The notes under the pieces are model-generated. The model made no database searches and was not told the DNA's origin. It saw only the letters and a list, made by a program, of their open reading frames with translations. DNA of 64,000 nucleotides from an uncultured bacterium (GTDB lineage Bacteria; Patescibacteriota; Patescibacteriia; Patescibacteriales; UBA12465): the NCBI GenBank assembly GCA_942492765.1, contig OW818634.1:345159-409158 (forward strand), in the 5' to 3' direction. Made by a program: the position numbers and the translations under genes. Positions within the stretch are counted from its first letter, which is position 1; every line of letters begins with the position of its first letter. Positions 45,003 to 54,305 of the stretch are shown one piece after another.

Positions 45003-45029
45003 AAAAAAGAGCCGAAAAACGGCTCTTTT
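45003..45029 (-). terminator. intrinsic terminator after the major pilin gene
   Basis: The stem aaagagccg/cggctcttt is followed by a long T run on the minus strand. Confidence 0.6.
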
Positions 45030-45055
45030 ATCCTCAAGTTGGGTTATTAATTCTC

Positions 45056-45502
45056 TTAGTTGATTCCAGCCGGAGTCGCGATCTGCGGCGTATCGCCAGT
45101 AATAGCATTGACGGTTGCGCCTAAGCAATACCTGATAGTATAAGAAACATTGCCGCCAGTCGTCGCATCTTGTCTGGCATAAGTATAGGCCGTTACGTTG
45201 CTGCCGCAATTAGAGCCGTCGGTCGGGAGCGGAGCGCTCGGAACCTGGCGCAAGAAAACGCCGTTGCCGCTAGCGATAGAAGCGCCCGGAGTGACAGAGG
45301 TGGTTGTCGGATAATCGCTCGTATCATTATAATACATTTCCAGAGCGGTCTGAATCTGCTTAACGTCAGAGATGCGCTTAGCATCGCGCGCTCTAGCTCT
45401 GGCTGTATTCAAGGCCAGAATAGAAAGAGTCGATAGTAAGCCGATGATGGCGATAACTACCAATAACTCAATCAAGGTAAAACCTGGTTTATTATTTTTC
45501 AT
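45056..45502 (-). CDS. type IV major pilin (prepilin-type N-terminal methylation domain)
   Basis: The N-terminus reads MKNNKPG|FTLIELLVVIAIIGLLSTLSILALNTARARARDAKR. A strong SD AGGAGG (45510-45515) lies 7 nt upstream, and the gene has its own promoter and terminator. Confidence 0.85.
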   Translation of the reverse strand: MKNNKPGFTLIELLVVIAIIGLLSTLSILALNTARARARDAKRISDVKQIQTALEMYYNDTSDYPTTTSVTPGASIASGNGVFLRQVPSAPLPTDGSNCGSNVTAYTYARQDATTGGNVSYTIRYCLGATVNAITGDTPQIATPAGIN

Positions 45503-45635
45503 AGAGAGTCCTCCTCTCAAGATTAGCGATTCTTGGCTTAATTTTAAATTAAGAGAAAGGCTAAAAATGAATTAATTTTTAAATTATATTTATGTTAAAA
45601 AAATTCCTAAATATTGCTCCAATAGCAATTACCAT

Positions 45636-45644
45636 TAGTATAAC
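45636..45644 (-). promoter_or_regulatory. extended -10 element (tgttatact) with a weak -35 (ttgcgc) 17 nt upstream
   Basis: It lies 133 nt upstream of the pilin ATG, giving a long 5' UTR. Confidence 0.4.
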
Positions 45645-45680
45645 ATCTTTAATATTCGGGCGCAATACTTTGGAGCGTTC

Positions 45681-46886
45681 CTAGAACTGGCTGGCTAAAT
45701 TATACATGGGCAAGAGCACGGCCGCGACCATGACGCCGACGCCGGCACCCATCAGAACCATAATGAGCGGCTCCATTAACTTACTCAGATTATCAAGCAT
45801 ATTGCTGCTTTCTCTGGTATAAAACGAGGTGATGCGATCAAGCACAGAATCGATCTTACCGGTCTTCTCGCCAACAGAAATCATTTGCGGCACCATCTTC
45901 GGGACATAGCTGGATGCCTCGAAGACGGTCGAGAAAGGATTGCCGTCATTGATAGATTCCAAGGTCTCTAGAATCAATTCCTTGTAGATGAGATTACCGA
46001 CGACTTCCGCGACTATCTCCAGGCTGCGGGTGATTGTAACGCCGCCCTTAAGCAGAGTCGATAGGGAGCGGGAGAAGCGCATCAGATATATATATTGGAA
46101 GAGCTTGCCGAAAATAGGCATCTTCAATTTCATCATGTCGATATTTCTCTGCCCGTTATAAGTCTTGAGATAAAATCTGATAGCGATGGCCAGCCCGATT
46201 ACGGCACCGATAATAAGAACCGAGTAATTCCTTAAAAAATCAGAAGCGCCGATGACTATGCGAGTTGAGAGCGGCAGCGTGGCTCCGGTCTCAGTCAAGA
46301 TCGCGGTCAAGTTCGGAATGACATAGACCATTAAGACTATGCCTACTCCGAATAAGGCGGAAATGATAAAGACGGGATATATCATCGCCCCCTTGATCTT
46401 AGAGGCCATATCATAGCTTTTTTCCATCTCATCAGCCAGATAGCTTAAAACTTCGTCTAATTTGCCGGAGGTTTCGCCAGATCTGACGATATTGATAAAA
46501 AATTCAGAAAATATTTTCGGACGCCTCGCAAAAGCATCCGATAAGAAAGCGCCGCCGTCAACTTCGAAGGCGATTTCTGAAATCATATTCTTAAGCGAAA
46601 TATTATTGGTCTGATCGATAAGGATCAAGAGCGATTCCACGACCGGAACGCTAGCCGATATCATGACTGAAAATTGGCGCGAAAAGATGACCAGATCCTT
46701 GGTCTTGATCGGAGCGATGATGCGAGAAATCTTATTGAGCGGCGTATTCGTCACATCAACCAGGCTGGCTATAGTCAGATCTTTCTTGCTTAATTTGGCG
46801 GATGCTTCGCTTTCAGACAAGCCGACGATGGTCCCGCTCTTGGATTTTCCGTTCGAATCTTTAGCTTGATATTTAAAAATCGACAT
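45681..46886 (-). CDS. pilC: type IV pilus platform protein (GspF/PilC family)
   Basis: 401-aa ORF with two T2SSF repeats, each followed by TM segments (...G..L..AL........P......I..GE.SG.L...L). Confidence 0.9.
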   Translation of the reverse strand: MSIFKYQAKDSNGKSKSGTIVGLSESEASAKLSKKDLTIASLVDVTNTPLNKISRIIAPIKTKDLVIFSRQFSVMISASVPVVESLLILIDQTNNISLKNMISEIAFEVDGGAFLSDAFARRPKIFSEFFINIVRSGETSGKLDEVLSYLADEMEKSYDMASKIKGAMIYPVFIISALFGVGIVLMVYVIPNLTAILTETGATLPLSTRIVIGASDFLRNYSVLIIGAVIGLAIAIRFYLKTYNGQRNIDMMKLKMPIFGKLFQYIYLMRFSRSLSTLLKGGVTITRSLEIVAEVVGNLIYKELILETLESINDGNPFSTVFEASSYVPKMVPQMISVGEKTGKIDSVLDRITSFYTRESSNMLDNLSKLMEPLIMVLMGAGVGVMVAAVLLPMYNLASQF

Positions 46887-46895
46887 AAATCAAAA

Positions 46896-48653
46896 TTAGC
46901 TCTCGATGACTCTTAGAACTTCCTCCATCGTGGTCTTCCCCTGCAAGATCTTAATGATGCCATCCTGCTTGATAGACAAGAAATCTTCGGTCTGCTTGAC
47001 CGTATTGATATCGAGGTTGACCTTGCCCTCATCAATGACCTGGCGCAGCTTTTCATTTATCTCGATCACTTCCGCAATCGCGACGCGGCTGGAATAGCCG
47101 GTCATCTCGCAGCGCGGGCAGCCGACCGCCTTATAGACCTTATGGCTTTCTAAAGGCTTATCAATATCCTTGAGATCAGGCAGCTCATCCTGGACTATCT
47201 TCAGGGGGGCATTCTTCAATTCAGCGATTATTTCGCTAATCGCCTCATCAGGCAGCTTGGTTTCTTGCTTGCAATTCTCGCATAAGCGGCGCGCTAAGCG
47301 CTGCGCCACGACAGTTTTCAAGGTCGAAGACAGTAAGAAGCGCTCGATCTTCATATCTAAGAGACGGAAAACCGCTCCCAAAGCGTCATTAGTATGCAAA
47401 GTCGATAAGACCAAATGGCCGGTAAGAGAAGCATTGATTGATAAATCGGCCGTTTCTTCGTCGCGGACTTCGCCGACCATGATGATATTCGGGTCTTGGC
47501 GCAAGAGAGAGCGCAAACCGTTAGCGAAAGAAAAGCCGATCTTCGGACGAACTTGCGATTGATTGATACCCTTGATCTCGTACTCGATAGGATCTTCCAA
47601 AGTCGAGATATTGACTCCTTCCTGATTCAAGATTTCGAGCATCGCGTAAAGAGTCGTGGTCTTACCGCTGCCGGTCGGACCGGTAACCAGAAAGATGCCG
47701 CTCGTTTTCTTGATGCCGTCATTGATGCGCCTTAAAGCCAGCTTATTGAAGCCCAATTCCTCCAGGCCGGGCGCTCCCCTGGAAACATCGAGAATTCTCA
47801 TAACGACCTTCTCATTGCTGGCGAGCGGTAAAGTCGAAACACGAAAATCTATTTCTCGATTATTAACAATGAGGCGGATGCGGCCGTCTTGAGGCACGCG
47901 GGTCTCGTCTAATTTAAGCTTGCCCAAGACCTTGATGCGGGCGATGATCGCATTATGGATGCTCTTCGGCAGAGTCAGCGAAGTATGGAGAATGCCATCA
48001 ATACGATAGCGGACGCGGCTCTCCTTAGCGAACGGCTCAATATGAATATCGGAAGCGCGCGCTTCCACGGCGTGGCGGATAATGACAGAAACGATGCGCG
48101 AAACCGGAGCGCTATTGATATCTTCAGTGCTGAGCTCTTCATTCTCAGTCTTAACAGCCACTAATTCTTCCCCTTCTTCCTTGGCCTTAATCTCTAAGGC
48201 GCTGGAAATTTCCTCTTCGATCTTCTGATACTGCTTGAAGATCTTCTGCCAGCTGGCATTAGATATGAGGAAATACCGGACTTGCAGCTTCTCATCAGCG
48301 GCTAAGAAGTTAACCGCTTCCATCGCTTTCAAGTTAGGTTCAACTAGTCCGATCTTCAAGACGTTACCTTCCCGACCGAAGCAGATGACCTTATAAGTCT
48401 TAGCGATCTCTTCGGGCAAGAATCTGACTGTCTCTTCCGGGACTTCTTCATTTATCAAGTTATAAAAAGGCATGCCGTAAAGATCGGCACGGGCTTCGGT
48501 CAATTGCTCGTCAGAAACTATCTTTTGGGCTAATAAAAATGCGCCCAGATCCTCTTTGTTCTTCGGGGCAGCGCTCCTGATCTCGTCCGCCTTGGCGGCA
48601 TCGATCATCTTCTTAGATAGCAATAGGCTGATCAGCTGTTCGTTCTTATCCAT
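46896..48653 (-). CDS. pilB: type IV pilus assembly ATPase (GspE/PilB family)
   Basis: Walker A GPTGSGKTTT, the Asp box, Walker B, the His box LVLSTLHTND and the tetracysteine C..C...C..C are all present. The start is set at MDKNEQ (48651-48653). Confidence 0.9.
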   Translation of the reverse strand: MDKNEQLISLLLSKKMIDAAKADEIRSAAPKNKEDLGAFLLAQKIVSDEQLTEARADLYGMPFYNLINEEVPEETVRFLPEEIAKTYKVICFGREGNVLKIGLVEPNLKAMEAVNFLAADEKLQVRYFLISNASWQKIFKQYQKIEEEISSALEIKAKEEGEELVAVKTENEELSTEDINSAPVSRIVSVIIRHAVEARASDIHIEPFAKESRVRYRIDGILHTSLTLPKSIHNAIIARIKVLGKLKLDETRVPQDGRIRLIVNNREIDFRVSTLPLASNEKVVMRILDVSRGAPGLEELGFNKLALRRINDGIKKTSGIFLVTGPTGSGKTTTLYAMLEILNQEGVNISTLEDPIEYEIKGINQSQVRPKIGFSFANGLRSLLRQDPNIIMVGEVRDEETADLSINASLTGHLVLSTLHTNDALGAVFRLLDMKIERFLLSSTLKTVVAQRLARRLCENCKQETKLPDEAISEIIAELKNAPLKIVQDELPDLKDIDKPLESHKVYKAVGCPRCEMTGYSSRVAIAEVIEINEKLRQVIDEGKVNLDINTVKQTEDFLSIKQDGIIKILQGKTTMEEVLRVIES

Positions 48654-48657
48654 AAGG

Positions 48658-49056
48658 TTATTTCTTCTCGATATTGAAAGGCAGGCTATTCCCCTGGACG
48701 CAGCCGGCCGCGACCGTTTCTGCCGTGCTGGTCGCCATCTTATCCGCATCCTTAAGAGAGATGGGCTTGCTAGTCACGACATCCGGACGCCAACAGATAT
48801 TATCAAAATTAAAATTAGTGACTTGATTGACTAGCGCGGTAAAACGCGGCAACTTCAAGATGCTCGTATCTAGGGCGCTGGAACTCGCTACCGTCACCAC
48901 GGTCGCGCTGATATCGCTTACTTTAGCGGCCGAGTCAACGCCGGTCTGCTGGCGCAAGACTCCCAGGATAGAATCTTTGAATATAAAAAGAGATAACCCG
49001 GCCAAAACGACAAGGATAATTATGATATAGAGGATAATGGGTGAATTCTTTTTCAT
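48658..49056 (-). CDS. single-pass membrane protein of the pilus operon (132 aa)
   Basis: It has an N-terminal TM segment. It lies between the pilO-like gene and pilB, with 4-nt gaps on both sides. Confidence 0.5.
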   Translation of the reverse strand: MKKNSPIILYIIIILVVLAGLSLFIFKDSILGVLRQQTGVDSAAKVSDISATVVTVASSSALDTSILKLPRFTALVNQVTNFNFDNICWRPDVVTSKPISLKDADKMATSTAETVAAGCVQGNSLPFNIEKK

Positions 49057-49060
49057 ATCT

Positions 49061-49696
49061 CTAGATGGACTGATAATAATAAGTCGTGATAGTGATGGCC
49101 GCAGAATCGTCAGAGGGTGAGAATTCTACGCTCGTCACATCGAAAAGCCGGAGGTTGCTTTCTAATGAACGCAATAGATTCTTAAATCCCGGATAATCAA
49201 TCGAACTGATATTGAGCTGCAGGCTGATAGTGCCGACCTTCTTATTGAGAGCTGGGGCGGAGCCAGTAACGACTGTGCCCTCCTCGGTAACGATCTGAGA
49301 GGGCGCCTTTTTCGCTTCTTCTTGAGAAATGACGATATCGGAAACCAGCCAGCCGCCGCGGCCGATTATCTCCTCTAATTCTCCGAACAGCCTTTCGCGA
49401 ACATAAGTATCCGGCAAGACGCTATTGAATTTCTGCAGATCGGCCGGATTTATCTTCTTGTATATTTCAGAAACGGCCTTAAGGCTGGCAAGCCTCTTCT
49501 GGGTCGTCTCGAACAAAAGCTGTTTCTCCTCCGTGTTAGCGCTGATTGCCGCCTGCGTCGCGCGAAATTTCGGACCCAAGAATACCAGATAAGCGAGGAA
49601 CAAGAAGAATATCAGGGCGGCCGCCAAAATCATATTAAAATAATCATTCAGGAAAACATTCAGGTTATTCTGTTTTTTAACCGGCTGATTGACCAT
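49061..49696 (-). CDS. PilO-like pilus assembly protein
   Basis: One TM segment is followed by a coiled coil and a C-terminal domain. The gene sits after the pilM and pilN-like genes. Confidence 0.5.
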   Translation of the reverse strand: MVNQPVKKQNNLNVFLNDYFNMILAAALIFFLFLAYLVFLGPKFRATQAAISANTEEKQLLFETTQKRLASLKAVSEIYKKINPADLQKFNSVLPDTYVRERLFGELEEIIGRGGWLVSDIVISQEEAKKAPSQIVTEEGTVVTGSAPALNKKVGTISLQLNISSIDYPGFKNLLRSLESNLRLFDVTSVEFSPSDDSAAITITTYYYQSI

Positions 49697-49698
49697 AA

Positions 49699-50325
49699 TT
49701 ATTTCTTAAAGATAGTCGGATTAACCTTGAGCAGAATGCTGAAACTGACGCGATTAGCTTTAGTCTTACTTTTAGAGGAAGCGGCATTAGCTACCTGGAC
49801 TTGCTGGACCAACGGATCATTTAGGAAGGCTTTGACCTGCCAAGAAATATCAGCGTAGGTATCGGCAGTCGCTGACAAGGAATAGACGCCATCTATGCTA
49901 CCGGTAAAACCCTCATAACGGACAGAGCTGAGAGTATTCTTCTCTAGCCAGCTAAAAAAATTGCTCCAATAAATATGATTATTGAGTAGATCAGTGAAGA
50001 CTGCCGATTTTTCTTTATAAGACAGAGCGGTGCTAGCCGATTTCTTAAAAGCGGCCGCTTCCGCGTCCAATTTCATGACCTTGTCGCTTAAAACTTGGAG
50101 CTGAGCCGTTTCTTGGGTCTCCCACCAATTAAGCCCGAAGTAGACTTCGGTCACTAATAGGCCGGCCAAAAAGAGGACCAAAGCTAATACCATGAGATTC
50201 TTATTCCAATCAAAAGAAACCTCCGCCTCCTCCTTGATCAAGTTGACTTCCAAGATCTTCGGATTTTGCAGTTCGTGCTTGCTCGCTTCTGCCTTCTTAT
50301 TCAGTTTCCCTTTTTGCAAAAACAT
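49699..50325 (-). CDS. PilN-like pilus assembly protein
   Basis: A conserved-type N-terminal EVNLI motif is followed by one TM segment and a coiled coil. The gene lies directly downstream of pilM. Confidence 0.55.
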   Translation of the reverse strand: MFLQKGKLNKKAEASKHELQNPKILEVNLIKEEAEVSFDWNKNLMVLALVLFLAGLLVTEVYFGLNWWETQETAQLQVLSDKVMKLDAEAAAFKKSASTALSYKEKSAVFTDLLNNHIYWSNFFSWLEKNTLSSVRYEGFTGSIDGVYSLSATADTYADISWQVKAFLNDPLVQQVQVANAASSKSKTKANRVSFSILLKVNPTIFKK

Positions 50326-50332
50326 TTAATTT

Positions 50333-51385
50333 TTATTCGATTTCCCGCATAGCCAAGCCGATGGCGACTGCCAGGCGCGGCCCGACTTCGCTAAGCACCG
50401 GCCTTAATTCTTCCGGATAGCGGACACGATTCCAAGGGTCACCGATGATGACTTTGATATTCAAACGCTTGGACAGATAGTCGGCTAAATTAAGGAGCAG
50501 GGCGCCACCACCAGAAAGGATGATCTTCTCGACGCTGCCTTTATTCTGGGACTGGAAGAATTCCAACATGTATTCCATCTCGGTTACGATCGGCTCCAAA
50601 GTCTTAATCAGGAGCTGCGGCAATTCTTCAGTCGTATCGGCATTAAGGGTAACGCTCAGATCGAATTTGAATTGTTCCGCTTGAGCGAAAGAAAGGCCGA
50701 GCTTCTCCGCCAAGATGCGCGTGACCGTAGAAGCGCAGACAGCTAGGCTGCGATTAAGCACTGGGATGCTCTCTTTCACGATGAACAGATCCGTACTATT
50801 GGCTCCGATCTCGACGATCATGACTGTCGACTTATCATCGCCGACCAGAGAACGGACGAGCGAAAAAGTTTCAGTTTCCAAACTGGCTAATTCTAATTTG
50901 GCCGCCTTGAAGATATCGATATATTTGCGCACCAGTTTTTTCGGGCTGCCGGTCAAGAATACCTGGAGATTCCCCTTGGTCTGAATCTTGCCGTTCTGAT
51001 CTGGGATGATCTTCCAATCTAAAGTCATTTCATCGAGCGGCAACGGAATGACTTTCTTGGCCTCTTCATTAACTGCTTCGGCCATGTTTTTCTTATCGAC
51101 ATTATTCACGCTGATAATAGAGGAAAAGACGGCAAAGGTCGGGAGCGAGGCCGTCACCTTCTTGGCGGTTATACCCGCTTCTGTCCTGACCTTATTGATC
51201 GCGCGCGCCAAATAATTGGCGTCGTCAACCTTCATGAAATTCACTTCCGAGACATTTTCGCTGAAAGCGTAATTAGAAAGATATATCCGGCGATTCTTTT
51301 TCTTAAGTTCAACCATCTTCAATGACGAATCACCGATGTCAATTCCTAAAAAAAGGTTGTCGCCACCCAAGGAAAAAGAGCTCAT
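50333..51385 (-). CDS. pilM: type IV pilus assembly protein PilM (actin-like ATPase fold)
   Basis: It starts GIDIG..S.K.VEL and has ...V.IGA..T...I and ...I.LSGGGA....L...L motifs. Confidence 0.85.
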   Translation of the reverse strand: MSSFSLGGDNLFLGIDIGDSSLKMVELKKKNRRIYLSNYAFSENVSEVNFMKVDDANYLARAINKVRTEAGITAKKVTASLPTFAVFSSIISVNNVDKKNMAEAVNEEAKKVIPLPLDEMTLDWKIIPDQNGKIQTKGNLQVFLTGSPKKLVRKYIDIFKAAKLELASLETETFSLVRSLVGDDKSTVMIVEIGANSTDLFIVKESIPVLNRSLAVCASTVTRILAEKLGLSFAQAEQFKFDLSVTLNADTTEELPQLLIKTLEPIVTEMEYMLEFFQSQNKGSVEKIILSGGGALLLNLADYLSKRLNIKVIIGDPWNRVRYPEELRPVLSEVGPRLAVAIGLAMREIE

Positions 51386-51481
51386 AAACTTTGCGGGGCT
51401 TTCCCCGTTTTAAATTGAATTATCCGAATTGTTAGTATATAATAATTATATATTATTTAGAAACATTAAACAAGCGAACAT

Positions 51482-52726
51482 ATGAACTTTTTCAGCCGCT
51501 TCAAGAAGGTTTTCCTAATCATCGGCTTTCTCGCTCTAGTCTTCATAATCGGCTATCTTTTGTGGAGTTTTTTCTTCAAGACTGAGACTGTGACCCCGAT
51601 AGCGACAACGACGCCGGGAATCAGCGGCGGATTGCCGTCGGCTGGCGCCGGAACCACTACCGGAACGACCGTCGGCGAAGGCGGAGTCTTGCCAGGAGGA
51701 ATAACCATTCCGACCGAATCTCCTTCCGCCGGAGGAATAAGCCCGGTGGCGGTCGGCGGGTTGACGAAAATCAGCGCGATTACCAAGACTCCGACCCTCG
51801 GACCGACTTTATCTAGCGATGGCAAGGTCCAATATTACGATAAGAGCGACGGAAAATTCTACAAGGTGGACGACAAGGGCAATGTCGTCGCTTTGAGCGA
51901 CAAAATCTTCTTCGATGTCGATAATATCGTCTGGGCGCCGGATAAGAACCAGGCCGTAATCGAATATCCGGATGGCAATAAGATCCTCTATAATTTCCAG
52001 ACCAAGTCACAGGTCACCCTGCCCTCTCATTGGCAGGACTTCTCTTTCTCTCCCGATAGCAGCCGGATAGTTTCCAAGAGCTTGGGGCTGGATGAGGAGA
52101 ATCGCTATCTCGTAGTCTCTAATGATGACGGCTCCAAGGCGACCGCTCTGGAGAATATCGGGACTAACGACAAGAATGTCTATTCTTCCTGGTCGCCGAA
52201 TAACCAGATCGTCGCGATGTACACCGAAGGCGTCGATTTTAATCGCCAAGAAGTCTATTTTGTCGGCCTTAACGGTGAAAATTTTAAATCGACAGTCGTC
52301 GAGGGCCGCGGTTTCGAATCAAAATGGTCGACGACCGGCGACAAGCTCCTATATAGCGTCTATAGCACTGACACCAATCTGAACCCGCAATTATGGATAG
52401 TCGGAGCCAGCGGCGACACCATTGGCCAGAATCGCCAGAGCATCAGCCTGAACACCTGGGCCAATAAATGCACCTTCGCTTCCAATAACGAAGTCTATTG
52501 CGCCGTCCCTGAAAGCCTGAGCAAAGGCGCGGGTATGTTTCCGGAATTAGCCGATAAGACCAAGGACAACCTTTATAAGATAAACCTGACTACTGGAGCC
52601 AAAGAATTGATCGCTATCCCTGACGGCGCCTATAATATCTCCGAAGTCATGGTTCCGACCAACAAAGACTCCCTATATTTCACGGACAAGACGACAAATC
52701 AGATCTATCAGGTTGATCTTCCTTAA
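51482..52726 (+). CDS. membrane-anchored TolB/PD40-like beta-propeller protein
   Basis: An N-terminal TM segment and a G/T/P-rich linker are followed by repeated ...SPD...I.......... blades. Confidence 0.5.
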   Translation: MNFFSRFKKVFLIIGFLALVFIIGYLLWSFFFKTETVTPIATTTPGISGGLPSAGAGTTTGTTVGEGGVLPGGITIPTESPSAGGISPVAVGGLTKISAITKTPTLGPTLSSDGKVQYYDKSDGKFYKVDDKGNVVALSDKIFFDVDNIVWAPDKNQAVIEYPDGNKILYNFQTKSQVTLPSHWQDFSFSPDSSRIVSKSLGLDEENRYLVVSNDDGSKATALENIGTNDKNVYSSWSPNNQIVAMYTEGVDFNRQEVYFVGLNGENFKSTVVEGRGFESKWSTTGDKLLYSVYSTDTNLNPQLWIVGASGDTIGQNRQSISLNTWANKCTFASNNEVYCAVPESLSKGAGMFPELADKTKDNLYKINLTTGAKELIAIPDGAYNISEVMVPTNKDSLYFTDKTTNQIYQVDLP

Positions 52727-52755
52727 AAAACAAATTTACCAGCTTAGACAGTCCT

Positions 52756-52786
52756 AAAAAATCAGGCATCTAGCGCCTGATTTTTT
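52756..52786 (+). terminator. intrinsic terminator
   Basis: The stem aaaaaatcaggc/gcctgatttttt forms a hairpin here. Confidence 0.55.
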
Positions 52787-52800
52787 AAAAAAGAAATAAT

Positions 52801-53475
52801 ATGCCCGAGATATTAACTCGACTTAAAACATTCATCCTAAACCTTCTCTTCCCTATCGAATGCCTCGGATGCGGACGCGAAGGCTCCTGGCTCTGTCAGG
52901 ATTGTTCGAGGCGCTTGCAATTCGAAGATAGCCGGAAAGGCGATGATAAAGCCAGGAAAAACAGATTAAAAGCTCCGGCCCTGGACAAGATCTATATCGC
53001 TGGCGATTACGATGACGCGCTGCTAGCGAATATGATCAAAAAATTCAAATATCATTTCGTAACCGCTCTCGGCCAGCCGCTGGCAGACTTTCTGTCTTTA
53101 TACTGGTCGGGCCAGCTAGCCTTAACGGATATCCCTCTTGTCATTCCCATTCCCCTTTCCGAAAAACGCCGCCGTTGGCGCGGCTTTAATCAAGCGGAAA
53201 TATTAGCGCGTGAATTTGCTGTTAATTTTTCCTATCCTCTCACAAACGGCTTGAAGAGAATAAAACATGGGCGCCCGCAAGCGTCTCTAAGCGAAACCGA
53301 GCGCCTCAAAAACCTTGCCGGCGCTTTCGATTATGCGGGCCCGGATCTGACTGGCCGGACTATAATCCTGATTGATGATGTCATAACGACCGGTGCGACC
53401 CTGAACGAAGCGGCTTTAGCGCTGCGCGCCAAAGGAGCAAAAATAATATACGGCCTAGTCTTAGCTAAAGGCTAG
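52801..53475 (+). CDS. comF: ComF family protein (phosphoribosyltransferase domain)
   Basis: An N-terminal 4-Cys motif C.GC......C..C is present. P.PL...R...RGFNQ and the PRTase loop LIDDVITTGAT follow. Confidence 0.85.
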   Translation: MPEILTRLKTFILNLLFPIECLGCGREGSWLCQDCSRRLQFEDSRKGDDKARKNRLKAPALDKIYIAGDYDDALLANMIKKFKYHFVTALGQPLADFLSLYWSGQLALTDIPLVIPIPLSEKRRRWRGFNQAEILAREFAVNFSYPLTNGLKRIKHGRPQASLSETERLKNLAGAFDYAGPDLTGRTIILIDDVITTGATLNEAALALRAKGAKIIYGLVLAKG

Positions 53476-53477
53476 GA

Positions 53478-53506
53478 TTGACATTATTGAGAAACCACCC
53501 TAATAT
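53478..53506 (+). promoter_or_regulatory. sigma70-type promoter: TTGACA, 17-nt spacer, TAATAT
   Basis: The consensus -35 is at 53478-53483 and the -10 at 53501-53506, upstream of the 53592 gene. Confidence 0.45.
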
Positions 53507-53591
53507 TTTATGAATACGAAATACTTGGAACTTTAACAAAATCCTATAATTCAATTAATCTGATTATTCACTAAACTTGGAGGAATTCAAA

Positions 53592-53936
53592 ATGGCACAC
53601 AAAGAACCTAAAGAAATCAAACAGCCCGAAAAATGGTATAGGCTGGACTTATCCGAACTGGTCAACCGCAAAAAAGAATTCAAACTTTCCGGCTATTATA
53701 GCGACATGAATGTCGCTATCGTCATCGGCGAGAACGAAGGTTATGGAGGAGATTTCAAGCTCACAGAAACAAAGATTACTCCAAAGAACAAGTTCGTCGG
53801 CAATACCGAGAATGGCTCCGTGGTAGCTCTAGCAAAAGCTGAAGAAGCTAAGGCTCTAGCGCTAAAATACATCAGCCGAAAATTAACCTGCGCTAGCAGA
53901 GTTCTAGTCGGCCTGAATAATGTCCCGCTAAAATAG
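53592..53936 (+). CDS. hypothetical protein (114 aa)
   Basis: The ATG at 53592 is preceded by GGAGG (53579-53583) with 8-nt spacing. I recognise no family. Confidence 0.5.
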   Translation: MAHKEPKEIKQPEKWYRLDLSELVNRKKEFKLSGYYSDMNVAIVIGENEGYGGDFKLTETKITPKNKFVGNTENGSVVALAKAEEAKALALKYISRKLTCASRVLVGLNNVPLK

Positions 53937-53966
53937 TCTAAAAAATTGCAAAAATTAAAAATCGTA

Positions 53967-53995
53967 AAAGCCGACTCTAGTAGCCGGCTTTTTTC
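53967..53995 (+). terminator. intrinsic terminator
   Basis: The stem aaagccg/cggcttt is followed by a T run. Confidence 0.5.
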
Positions 53996-54011
53996 ATTTT
54001 ACCGTCCTATC

Positions 54012-54040
54012 TTTACAAAAACCCCTCCCGATACTATAAT
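54012..54040 (+). promoter_or_regulatory. sigma70-type promoter: TTTACA, 17-nt spacer, TATAAT
   Basis: The -35 box is at 54012-54017 and the -10 at 54035-54040. It drives the leader RNA below. Confidence 0.55.
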
Positions 54041-54046
54041 GAGAAT

Positions 54047-54280
54047 ACTTTAGGCTAGCGTCCGAGCCCACCAAACTCGGTTGGAAAAAATATCTTTTTC
54101 TAAATAAAGCGCAGGCTTATCCTGAAAAGAGCTTCCGTCTCCCGCGAACTATCGCGTCTGATCCGGACGGAAGAAGCTAGGTGGAACCGCGAGACCCTGA
54201 TTCCGGCGCCAGTTGCGCCCGATAAGTCCCGTCCTGGCAAAAGCAGTCTTGACTGTTTTTGCGAGGAGGGGACTTTTTTA
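54047..54280 (+). promoter_or_regulatory. T-box-like leader (tRNA-sensing riboswitch) with terminator, upstream of the thrS operon
   Basis: AGGTGGAACCGCG at 54179-54191 matches the conserved T-box core (GGUGGNACCGCG). It follows a long hairpin (54131-54177). An 11-bp terminator stem (54225-54235 / 54264-54274) and a T6 run come next. Confidence 0.55.
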
Positions 54281-54305
54281 AAAGAAAAATTATAAAAACA
54301 AAATT

